Below are positions 34,583 to 42,301 of a stretch of 42,301 nucleotides of DNA, piece by piece. How positions within the stretch are numbered: the first letter of the stretch is position 1; every line of letters begins with the position of its first letter. Where the stretch lies: NCBI GenBank assembly GCA_043779885.1, contig JAYWDM010000075.1:1-42301 (forward strand), written 5' to 3'. The notes beneath the pieces were generated by a model, which ran no database searches, had not been told where the DNA came from, and saw only the letters and a list, made by a program, of their open reading frames with translations. A program made the position numbers and the translations under genes. This DNA is from Betaproteobacteria bacterium (GTDB taxonomy: Bacteria > Pseudomonadota > Gammaproteobacteria > Burkholderiales > SG8-41).

Positions 34583-35053
34583 ATGACGAAGTATGATGAC
34601 ATTGAAGAAATCGAAGCCACGCTGGACGGCGCGGGCTTATGTGTCGGCATAGCCGTTGCGCGCTTTAATGCGCAAGTCGGCGATGCATTGCTTTCAAGCT
34701 GCACGGCCGCGCTTGCCAGGCTGGGCGTGCGCGCCGCCGACGTGACGATAATTACCGTGCCTGGCGCGCTGGAGCTGCCGCTCGCGCTGCAGAAAATGGC
34801 GGCCAGCGACCGGTTCGACGCGTTGATCGCGCTGGGCGCCGTGATCCGCGGCGAGACCTACCATTTTGAAATCGTCGCCAACGAGTCGGCCCGCGGCATC
34901 ATGGCGGTGCAGCTCGATACGGGCATTCCGATTGCCAACGGCGTACTCACCACGGAAGACGACGGGCAGGCGCAAGCGCGCATGGCGCAAAAAGGCGCCG
35001 ACTGCGCGGCGGTCGCGGTGGAAATGGCGAACCTGCTGCATGAGATCAAATGA
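34583..35053 (+). CDS. ribH: 6,7-dimethyl-8-ribityllumazine synthase
   Basis: 156 aa with typical motifs (…VPGALELP…[14 protein letters not shown]…ANGVLT…). Operon context. Confidence 0.9.
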   Translation: MTKYDDIEEIEATLDGAGLCVGIAVARFNAQVGDALLSSCTAALARLGVRAADVTIITVPGALELPLALQKMAASDRFDALIALGAVIRGETYHFEIVANESARGIMAVQLDTGIPIANGVLTTEDDGQAQARMAQKGADCAAVAVEMANLLHEIK

Positions 35054-35508
35054 AATTGACCGGCGCCTCCGCGCGCACCGCGCACAAAACCAGTCGCCGC
35101 CGCTCGCGCGAATTCGCGATGCAGGGTTTGTACCAATGGCAACTCGCGGGCACCGACGCGGCCACCATAGAAAGCCATATGGCCGCGGCCAAGGGCTTCG
35201 ACAAGATCGATCGTGCCTACTTTTCGTCTCTGCTTGCGGGTGCGATCCGCGAAGCGCAGCGCCTGGAAGAGGCGCTGCAGCCCTATCTCGACCGCAAATG
35301 CGCCGAACTCAGCCCCGTCGAACGCGCGATTTTGTTTATCGCCGCTTATGAACTCGAGAACCAGCCCGATGTTCCTTACCGGGTCGTAATCAACGAAGCG
35401 ATCGAGCTTGCCAAGAGTTACGGCGGCAGCGACGGCTTCAAATACGTGAATGGCGTGCTGGACAAGCTGGCAGCGGACAAACGCCCGCACGAGGTCGCGC
35501 GCAGGTAA
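35050..35508 (+). CDS. nusB: transcription antitermination factor NusB
   Basis: [16 protein letters not shown]… and …[10 protein letters not shown]…[15 protein letters not shown]…FVNGVLDK. ATGA overlap with ribH. Confidence 0.9.
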   Translation: MKLTGASARTAHKTSRRRSREFAMQGLYQWQLAGTDAATIESHMAAAKGFDKIDRAYFSSLLAGAIREAQRLEEALQPYLDRKCAELSPVERAILFIAAYELENQPDVPYRVVINEAIELAKSYGGSDGFKYVNGVLDKLAADKRPHEVARR

Positions 35509-35535
35509 CTGCCGCAACGGAATGCAAGGCCGACA

Positions 35536-35784
35536 ATGGACGAAAAACTCAGGCGCAAGATCATGCTGTTTTATGTGGGCGGCATCATCAACGCACTGCT
35601 CGGCCTATATGTGCTGATCGAGGGGCTCTCGTTCCTGCCGGCGGACACCGCGCGCACGCTCATGATCATATTTTTCCTGTTCGCGGCGGTCGACTTCTAC
35701 ATGCCGTATTCGCTGAAGAACAAGTGGCTCGCGGACAATGCAGGCAAACAGGGGCAGGGCACCGATCCCGCCCAGCGCCCTTAG
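35536..35784 (+). CDS. small two-TM membrane protein, hypothetical
   Basis: 82 aa with two clear hydrophobic helices. It sits between nusB and thiL. Confidence 0.45.
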   Translation: MDEKLRRKIMLFYVGGIINALLGLYVLIEGLSFLPADTARTLMIIFFLFAAVDFYMPYSLKNKWLADNAGKQGQGTDPAQRP

Positions 35785-35845
35785 CAGCCGGTTCGATGAC
35801 ACCATCGGCGGCTAAACAGCTCCGCGGTTTTCATGACCGGGTTTG

Positions 35846-36814
35846 ATGACTTCCGAATTCGATCTGATCCGGCGTTATTTCACGCACCGCGCGCGGCACG
35901 CAGTGCTTGGTGTCGGCGACGATGCCGCGCTCGTCGAGGTACGCCGCGGCTGTGATCTCGTGATCTCGGCCGACATGCTGGTTGCCGGCCGTCATTTCCT
36001 GCGCAACACGGATCCGCGCCAACTGGGCCACAAGGCGCTCGCGGTCAATCTGTCGGATATGGCGGCGATGGGCGCGAAGCCGCGCTGGGCGACGCTGGCG
36101 CTCGCGCTGCCGTCAGTGAACGCGTCCTGGCTCACGGAGTTTTCACGGGGATTCATGGTGCTCGCGCGGCGTTTCGACGTCGATCTCATCGGTGGCGATA
36201 CCACGAAGGGGCCGCTCAATATCTGCGTGCAGATCATGGGCGAAGCCCCGCGCGGCGCCGCTTTGCGGCGCGACGGCGCGCGTAGCGGGGACGATATTTG
36301 GATCTCAGGCACGCTCGGTGACGCGGCGCTGGCGCTCGCGGCGCTCCAACGCCGTATCCGGCTCACGCCCGCGGAACTCGCGCATTGCGTGGATAAACTG
36401 CAGCGGCCGCAACCGCGCGTTGCACTGGGCCTCGCGCTGAGGAGCGTGGCGAGCAGCGCCATCGATATCTCCGACGGCCTCCTCGCCGATCTTGGCCACG
36501 TTCTCGAACGCTCGAAGGTCGCCGCGGAAGTGGAACTCGCGGCAGTGCCGGCGTCACCGATTCTGCGCCGTTATCTTGATCGCGTCGCCGCGTGCAGTGC
36601 GCTCCTCGCCGGGGGCGACGATTATGAGTTGTGTTTTACGGCGCCGCGCCGGGCGCGCACGCAGATTGCACGAGTCAGCCGGCATACGCGCGTCAAATTA
36701 ACGCGCATCGGGAGCATTAACAAGCGCGCGGGCGGCGTGCCGCCCCTTATTGTGCGCGCTCCCGATGGCGCTGCGCTGCGCGTCGTGCGCGGAGGCTACG
36801 ATCACTTCGCCTGA
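35846..36814 (+). CDS. thiL: thiamine-monophosphate kinase
   Basis: EFDLIRRYF…GDDAA…D…HF N-terminus and an AIR-synthase-like fold (…GGDT…, …ISDGL…). The track ORF begins one codon earlier at a TTG. Confidence 0.9.
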   Translation: MTSEFDLIRRYFTHRARHAVLGVGDDAALVEVRRGCDLVISADMLVAGRHFLRNTDPRQLGHKALAVNLSDMAAMGAKPRWATLALALPSVNASWLTEFSRGFMVLARRFDVDLIGGDTTKGPLNICVQIMGEAPRGAALRRDGARSGDDIWISGTLGDAALALAALQRRIRLTPAELAHCVDKLQRPQPRVALGLALRSVASSAIDISDGLLADLGHVLERSKVAAEVELAAVPASPILRRYLDRVAACSALLAGGDDYELCFTAPRRARTQIARVSRHTRVKLTRIGSINKRAGGVPPLIVRAPDGAALRVVRGGYDHFA

Positions 36815-36842
36815 ATCCGCGGCGCAGCCGACATTGCGCTTC

Positions 36843-37304
36843 ATGCTGCGCCATCCGGCGCATGTGATTGCGCTCGGTGCCGGCGCGGGGCTGATGCCCG
36901 CAGCGCCAGGAACCGCCGGGACGCTGCTGGCTTTTCCACTCTACTGGGCGCTCGCGGCGGTGTGCGCCACGCCGACGCTGCTCGCGCTGATTGCGGGCGC
37001 ATTCGTTATCGGCATATGGGCGTGCGGCCAGACCGGCCGCGCACTCGGCGCAGCCGATCACGGCGCCATGGTGTGGGATGAAGTCGTCGCCTTTGCGCTG
37101 GTGCTGGTATTCACGCCCGCCGGCTGGCTATGGCAACTCGGCGCGTTCCTGCTGTTCCGGTTATTTGATATTGTCAAGCCGCCGCCGATCCGCTACTTTG
37201 ATCGCAGGCTGAAAAGCGGCTTCGGCGTGATGTTCGACGATTTGCTGGCGGCGCTCTATACGCTGCTTGCACTTGCAGTGGCGAAAATCGTAACGGGCGG
37301 ATGA
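36843..37304 (+). CDS. pgpA: phosphatidylglycerophosphatase A
   Basis: …HPAHVIALGAGAGLMPAAPGTAGTL…DHGAMVWDEVV…FRLFDIVKPPPI…. The true start may lie slightly upstream (TTG 36834 or ATG 36765). Confidence 0.85.
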   Translation: MLRHPAHVIALGAGAGLMPAAPGTAGTLLAFPLYWALAAVCATPTLLALIAGAFVIGIWACGQTGRALGAADHGAMVWDEVVAFALVLVFTPAGWLWQLGAFLLFRLFDIVKPPPIRYFDRRLKSGFGVMFDDLLAALYTLLALAVAKIVTGG

Positions 37305-37307
37305 ACG

Positions 37308-37817
37308 ATGGCGAATGAACGACTTTATGAACTTGCCGCCGAGGTCGGCGCCGCGCTCAAGGCGCGCGGCCTCGCGCTCGTTACTGCCGAATCGTGCACC
37401 GGAGGCTGGATCGGCGAGGCGGTGACCGCCGTGCCCGGCAGTTCCGCGTGGTTCGAACGCGGATTTATTACCTATACCAATGCAGCGAAGCGCGAAATGC
37501 TCGGCGTTTCGGACGACATACTGGATAACTTCGGCGCCGTGTCCAGGGAAACGGTTAAGGCGATGGTGGCCGGGGCGCTCGCCAACAGCCATGCCCAGGT
37601 CGCTGTGGCGGTGAGCGGCGTTGCCGGCCCGTCTGGCGGCTCACCTGATAAGCCGGTCGGCACGGTATGTATCGGGTGGGGGCTCGGCACCGGCGAACCC
37701 ATGGCCGAGATGCGACATTTTGAGGGAGACCGTGAGACCGTACGCAGGAAGTCGGTTATATGCGCTCTCGCGGGACTGTTAGCGCTGATTGAGCAGAACA
37801 TAGTACCAAAGTCCTAG
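37308..37817 (+). CDS. CinA-family protein / nicotinamide-nucleotide amidohydrolase (PncC-like)
   Basis: …LVTAESCTGGWI…VPGSSAWFERGFITYTNAAK…GAVS…VSGVAGPSGG…KPVGTV…. Confidence 0.85.
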   Translation: MANERLYELAAEVGAALKARGLALVTAESCTGGWIGEAVTAVPGSSAWFERGFITYTNAAKREMLGVSDDILDNFGAVSRETVKAMVAGALANSHAQVAVAVSGVAGPSGGSPDKPVGTVCIGWGLGTGEPMAEMRHFEGDRETVRRKSVICALAGLLALIEQNIVPKS

Positions 37818-37905
37818 TGGTAATCCGTCATGTTGCCCCATGCGTTATTCACGTCGTGGGGCGCATGATCCGGCGCACGAATCCTCCGGCGCCATGCGCA
37901 AAACG

Positions 37906-37926
37906 ACTCTGAGCCGGCGTCAGAGT
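37906..37926. promoter_or_regulatory. perfect 7-bp inverted repeat ACTCTGA-N7-TCAGAGT, 23 nt upstream of the recA start
   Basis: I read the repeat directly. It could be an operator or a 5'-UTR hairpin. No CTGT-N8-ACAG SOS box is visible in 37818-37949. Confidence 0.3.
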
Positions 37927-37949
37927 GTGCGATAATTCGGGAGGCTCAA

Positions 37950-38993
37950 ATGGGACAAATCATGGACGAAAACAAGTCAAAAGCACTCGCGGCGGCACTG
38001 TCGCAAATCGAAAAGCAGTTCGGCAAAGGCTCCATCATGCGGTTGGGTGAGGCCGATGTCGCGAAAGACATCCAGTCGGTGTCGACCGGTTCGCTCGGGC
38101 TCGACATCGCGCTCGGTATCGGCGGATTTCCGCGCGGCCGCGTCATAGAAATCTACGGCCCGGAATCATCCGGGAAAACGACGCTGACGCTGTCGGTGAT
38201 CGCGCAGATGCAGAAAGTGGGCGGCACCGCGGCCTTCATCGACGCCGAGCACGCGCTCGATCCGCAGTACGCGCAGAAACTCGGCGTCAACGTGCAGGAG
38301 TTGCTGATTTCGCAGCCTGACAACGGCGAGCAGGCGCTCGAAATCGCCGACATGCTGGTGCGCTCGGGCTCGGTCGACGTGGTCGTGATCGATTCCGTTG
38401 CGGCGCTGACACCCAAGGCCGAAATCGAGGGCGAGATGGGCGAGCCGCAGATGGGCCTGCAGGCGCGGCTGATGTCGCAGGCGCTGCGCAAGCTCACGGG
38501 CAATATCAAACGTTCGAACACCATGGTGGTCTTCATCAACCAGATCCGCATGAAAATCGGTGTGATGTTCGGCAACCCGGAAACGACGACCGGCGGCAAT
38601 GCATTGAAGTTTTATGCCTCGGTGCGCATTGATATCCGCCGCACGGGCGCGATCAAGAAAGGCGATGAAGTCATCGGCTCGGAAACGCGCGCCAAGGTCG
38701 TCAAGAACAAGGTGGCGCCCCCGTTTCGCGTCGCCGACTTCGACATCCTGTACGGCGAGGGAATTTCCCGCGAGGGCGAGATCATCGAGCTGGGGGTGCT
38801 GCACAAAATCGTCGACAAGTCGGGCGCGTGGTACACCTATGGCAAGGAACGCATCGGCCAGGGCAAGGACAACACGCGCGATTATCTCAAAGAGCACCCG
38901 CAGATGGCGGAGGAAATCGAAGCGAAAATCCGCGCCGCGATAGGCGTCGGTGGCGGCCCCAAGCTTGCGGAACCTGCCGTCGCGGAAAAGTAA
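37950..38993 (+). CDS. recA: recombinase RecA
   Basis: Walker [10 protein letters not shown] and the full-length canonical RecA sequence. GGGAGG RBS 5 nt upstream. Confidence 0.97.
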   Translation: MGQIMDENKSKALAAALSQIEKQFGKGSIMRLGEADVAKDIQSVSTGSLGLDIALGIGGFPRGRVIEIYGPESSGKTTLTLSVIAQMQKVGGTAAFIDAEHALDPQYAQKLGVNVQELLISQPDNGEQALEIADMLVRSGSVDVVVIDSVAALTPKAEIEGEMGEPQMGLQARLMSQALRKLTGNIKRSNTMVVFINQIRMKIGVMFGNPETTTGGNALKFYASVRIDIRRTGAIKKGDEVIGSETRAKVVKNKVAPPFRVADFDILYGEGISREGEIIELGVLHKIVDKSGAWYTYGKERIGQGKDNTRDYLKEHPQMAEEIEAKIRAAIGVGGGPKLAEPAVAEK

Positions 38994-39438
38994 GCCGGCG
39001 CGCAGTCTGCGCGCACGGGCACTCGCAATGCTGGCGCGGCGCGAGCATACGCGGCGGGAACTCACGCGCAAGCTCGCCCCGTTCACGGAGAACGCCGCGG
39101 AAATACCCGGGCTGCTCGATGACTTTGAACGCCGCGGGTGGCTGTCAGAGGAGCGCGTGGTCGAGCAGGTTCTGGTCTCGCGGCGGCGGCGCTTCGGCGC
39201 GCAGCGCATCGTGCATGAACTGCGCGAAAAGGGCATATCGAACGCGCTGCTCGCGAACGCGCGCGAAAAACTGCAGCAAAGTGAACTCGAGACCGCACGC
39301 GACCTCTGGCGGCGCAAATTCAAGGTTGCGCCGTCCGACGCCCGGGAACGGGCGCGTCAGATGCGCTTTTTGCAGGGCCGCGGCTTTGGTGTCGACGTGA
39401 TTCGCAAGGTGGTCAGCGGCAACGACGACGACGCATAG
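38950..39438 (+). CDS. recX: recombination regulator RecX
   Basis: …[24 protein letters not shown]… with three-helix repeats, immediately after recA. The start is uncertain (ATG 38950 overlaps recA by 44 nt; TTG 38965 is an alternative). Confidence 0.8.
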   Translation: MAAPSLRNLPSRKSKPARSLRARALAMLARREHTRRELTRKLAPFTENAAEIPGLLDDFERRGWLSEERVVEQVLVSRRRRFGAQRIVHELREKGISNALLANAREKLQQSELETARDLWRRKFKVAPSDARERARQMRFLQGRGFGVDVIRKVVSGNDDDA

Positions 39439-39506
39439 CCTGTGCGCCGCCTGCCCGCCGCGGGTGTTTCGTTTACAATCGGCGTTTTCCGAACTCCGGT
39501 ACAGCC

Positions 39507-42113
39507 ATGAAAAGCAGTGAAATACGTCAGCAGTTCCTCGATTACTTCAGGGACAAGGGGCACGCAATCGTCGCCTCGAGCCCGTTGGTGCCCGGCAACG
39601 ACCCGACGCTGCTCTTCACCAATTCAGGCATGGTGCAGTTCAAGGAAGTGTTTCTCGGCCAGGAGCACCGCGCATACAAACGCGCCACTACTTCGCAGCG
39701 TTGCGTGCGCGCCGGCGGCAAGCACAACGATCTGGAAAACGTAGGCTACACGGCGCGCCATCATACATTCTTCGAGATGCTCGGAAATTTTTCGTTCGGC
39801 GATTACTTCAAGCGCGATGCAATTCACTACGCCTGGGAATTGCTGACCACGGTTTACAAGCTGCCAAAGGACAAGTTGTGGGTCACCGTGTATGCGACCG
39901 ACGACGAGGCGTACAACCTGTGGGCCAATGAAATCCGCGTGCCGCGTGAACGCATTACCCGCATCGGTGACAAACCGGGCGGCGGCTCGGACAACTTCTG
40001 GCAAATGGGTGAGACGGGGCCGTGCGGACCCTGCAGCGAAATTTTTTATGACCATGGGCCTGAAGTCGCAGGCGGCCCGCCGGGCACGCCGGACGCCGAT
40101 GGCGACCGTTACATCGAAATCTGGAACCTCGTCTTCATGCAGTTCAACCGCGACGACAACGGCAAACTGCATCCGCTGCCGAAGCCCTCCGTCGATACGG
40201 GCATGGGGCTCGAGCGCATCGCCGCGGTGCTGCAGCATGTGCACTCGAACTACGAGATCGACCTCTTTCAGGACTTGATCAAGGCGGCGGCGCGCGAAAC
40301 GCAGTGCAACGACCTGCACAACAATTCGCTCAAGGTGATCGCCGATCACATCCGCGCGTGCGCGTTTCTGATCGTTGATGGCGTGATACCGGGCAACGAG
40401 GGCCGCGGCTACGTGCTGCGCCGCATCGTGCGCCGCGCCATACGTCACGGCTACAAACTGGGGCAGAAACAGCCGTTTTTTTACCGGCTCGCGCCCGACC
40501 TCGTGACCGCGATGGGCGATGCCTATCCGGAACTCGTCAGCACGCAGGGGCGGGTCGCGCAGGTGCTGAAGCAGGAAGAAGAACGCTTTGCCGAAACCCT
40601 GGAAAACGGCATGGTTGTGCTCGAGGCCGCATTGCAGTCGGAAGACAAGATGCTGGATGGCGACACGGTGTTCAGGCTCTACGATACCTATGGGTTTCCG
40701 CTTGACCTGACTGCCGACATCGCACGGGAGCGCAACATAACCGTGGATTTCGCCGGCTTCGAGGCCGCCATGGGACAGCAGCGCGAACGCGCCCGCGCCG
40801 CATCTAAATTCGGCGCGCAGAGCGCCGTCGAATACACCGGCCAGAAAACCGAATTCCACGGTTACGACACCCTGACGTTGACCGGAAAAGTGGTCGCTAT
40901 CTACAAAGGCGGCGCTGCCGAGGCCGCGATCGAGGCCGGTGACAGTGCGATTATCGTGCTCGACAGGACACCGTTCTACGCCGAATCGGGCGGGCAGGTC
41001 GGCGACCGCGGTCTATTGGTGTCGAGCCGCGGCACCTTTCACGTCAGCGATACACAGAAGATACAGTCGGAAGTCTTTGGCCATCACGGCGTGCTGCATA
41101 CGGGCAGGCTCGCGGTAGGCGATACGCTTGAGGCCCGGGTCGACACCGCGGCGCGCGCGCGTGCCGCATACAATCACTCCGCGACGCACCTGATGCATGC
41201 GGCGCTGCGCAAGGTGCTCGGTGCGCACGTGCAGCAGAAGGGCTCCCTGGTCGACCCCGACCGCACGCGCTTTGACTATTCCCACAACGAGCCTCTGACC
41301 GAACAGCAGATCCGCGAGGTTGAAGAACTCGTCAACCGGGAAATTCGCGGCAACGAGGCGGTCGAAGCGCGCATCATGAAATATGACGACGCGATCAAGA
41401 CCGGTGCGGTGGCGCTGTTCGGCGAGAAATACGGCGATGAGGTCCGCGTGCTGAAGATGGGCGATTTTTCGACCGAACTCTGCGGCGGCACGCACGTTGG
41501 CCGCACGGGCGACATCGGTTTCTTCAAGGTGATAGCGGAGTCCGGTATTGCGGCCGGGGTGCGCCGGATCGAAGCGGTGACCGCGCAGGGCGCTTTGTCA
41601 TGGGTCCAGCAACTGGAAGCGAACCTGCTGCAGGCGGCGGGTGCGTTGAAGGCGCCGGTACACGAAGTTACGCAAAAGATCGGTCAGATCGTCGAGAACG
41701 TGAAGAGTCTCGAGAAAGAGCTCGCACGTCTGAAATCGAAGCTTGCGTCCGCGCAGGGTGACGATATTGCGGCACGGGCGGTCGACGTAAAAGGGGCGAA
41801 AGTCCTCGCGGCGACGGTTGATGGCGCCGACTCGAAAGCGCTGCGCGAAGCAATGGATAAAATCAAGGACAAGCTGAAATCATGCGCCGTGGTGCTCGCG
41901 GCGATTGACGCCGGCAAGGTGACGCTGATCGCCGGCGTGAGCGCGGATCTGACGGGCAAAGTCAAAGCGGGTGAGTTGGTCAATTTCGTCGCGCAGCAGG
42001 TCGGCGGCAAAGGCGGGGGGCGGCCCGACATGGCACAAGCCGGGGGAACCGAACCTGCAAAATTGCCGCAAGCGCTCGCGTCGGTGCCTGCATGGGTGGC
42101 GGAGCGGTTATAG
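39507..42113 (+). CDS. alaS: alanine--tRNA ligase
   Basis: 868 aa with class II motifs (…FTNSGM.QFK…, …[16 protein letters not shown]…[18 protein letters not shown]…), editing-domain HxxxH/CxxxH (HSATHLMH…CGGTH) and a C-terminal DHHA1-like domain. Confidence 0.97.
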   Translation: MKSSEIRQQFLDYFRDKGHAIVASSPLVPGNDPTLLFTNSGMVQFKEVFLGQEHRAYKRATTSQRCVRAGGKHNDLENVGYTARHHTFFEMLGNFSFGDYFKRDAIHYAWELLTTVYKLPKDKLWVTVYATDDEAYNLWANEIRVPRERITRIGDKPGGGSDNFWQMGETGPCGPCSEIFYDHGPEVAGGPPGTPDADGDRYIEIWNLVFMQFNRDDNGKLHPLPKPSVDTGMGLERIAAVLQHVHSNYEIDLFQDLIKAAARETQCNDLHNNSLKVIADHIRACAFLIVDGVIPGNEGRGYVLRRIVRRAIRHGYKLGQKQPFFYRLAPDLVTAMGDAYPELVSTQGRVAQVLKQEEERFAETLENGMVVLEAALQSEDKMLDGDTVFRLYDTYGFPLDLTADIARERNITVDFAGFEAAMGQQRERARAASKFGAQSAVEYTGQKTEFHGYDTLTLTGKVVAIYKGGAAEAAIEAGDSAIIVLDRTPFYAESGGQVGDRGLLVSSRGTFHVSDTQKIQSEVFGHHGVLHTGRLAVGDTLEARVDTAARARAAYNHSATHLMHAALRKVLGAHVQQKGSLVDPDRTRFDYSHNEPLTEQQIREVEELVNREIRGNEAVEARIMKYDDAIKTGAVALFGEKYGDEVRVLKMGDFSTELCGGTHVGRTGDIGFFKVIAESGIAAGVRRIEAVTAQGALSWVQQLEANLLQAAGALKAPVHEVTQKIGQIVENVKSLEKELARLKSKLASAQGDDIAARAVDVKGAKVLAATVDGADSKALREAMDKIKDKLKSCAVVLAAIDAGKVTLIAGVSADLTGKVKAGELVNFVAQQVGGKGGGRPDMAQAGGTEPAKLPQALASVPAWVAERL

Positions 42114-42301
42114 GTCAGACGGGCCAGGGCGACCGTTCCCGCAAGCGGGGCTGCGCCTAACGAGTCACGGCCGCACCCGACATGGCCCAAGCCGGGGGAA
42201 CCGATCCTGCACAATTGCCGCAAGCGCTCGCGTCGGTGCCTGCATGGGTAGCTGAGCGGTTATAGGTCAGACAAGTCGGGCCGTGGCGGCCGTTCCCGCA
42301 A
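42024..42301 (+). repeat. tandem direct repeat (period 152 nt) of the alaS 3' end plus its downstream flank; copy 1 is 42024-42144 and copy 2 is 42176-42301+
   Basis: Aligned by eye. The 90-nt coding part shows 5 differences. The roughly 30-nt flank shows 3 substitutions and a 5-nt indel. Copy 2 runs off the window. Confidence 0.9.
42176..42265 (+). pseudogene. detached copy of the last 29 codons plus stop of alaS ([29 protein letters not shown])
   Basis: It has no upstream alaS body; an in-frame TAA lies at 42158-42160. It is not in frame with the real alaS. Confidence 0.8.

Noticed and set aside
42182-42265. 27-codon ORF ([12 protein letters not shown]…AERL) inside the second alaS-tail copy, as a possible micro-protein
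   Set aside because: It exists only because the duplicated AlaS tail happens to contain a Met. It has no RBS, and there is an in-frame stop just upstream. I treat it as a pseudogene fragment.
1-42301. CRISPR arrays, tRNA/rRNA genes, integrases, transposases and toxin-antitoxin pairs
   Set aside because: I found none on visual scanning of intergenic regions and ORF translations. The only repeats are the two REP-like families and the alaS-tail duplication. tRNAscan or Infernal would be needed to exclude small RNAs formally.

Overview
High-GC (about 65%) chromosomal segment, most consistent with a betaproteobacterium: it carries ribD-ribE...ribBA-ribH-nusB-thiL-pgpA and recA-recX-alaS synteny. 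I count about 40 protein genes. There is no rRNA, tRNA, CRISPR array, integrase or transposase that I can see.

Layout, left to right:
- A minus-strand chain: OmpR-type regulator, sensor kinase, cytochrome b561, two YceI proteins and an M48 protease.
- A divergent heavy-metal-type RND efflux operon (OMF-MFP-RND), followed by a second MFP-RND pair that lacks an outer-membrane gene.
- A small accessory patch: a 65-aa phage-like helical protein, a FemAB/GNAT-like protein, a DUF4118-PAS sensor without a kinase, a Cys-elbow alpha/beta hydrolase and a PBP7-type endopeptidase.
- egtD-like methyltransferase, fatty acid desaturase and MFS transporter.
- A bTHX micro-gene that the ORF track missed.
- A hydrolase, DegP, a membrane-fused spermidine-synthase-like protein, and then the housekeeping clusters.

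Most worth a second look:
1. A tandem, coding-constrained duplication of the alaS 3' end at the window edge, which looks like an att site.
2. A low-GC insertion of about 2 kb that splits the riboflavin operon.
3. The orphan phage-type small protein downstream of the second RND pump.
4. A shared GTAAG direct-repeat box and a structured leader with a terminator between the two RND operons.
5. An alpha/beta hydrolase with a G-L-C-I-G nucleophile elbow.
6. An egtD with no egtB in the window.

All family assignments come from reading motifs by eye. No searches were run.
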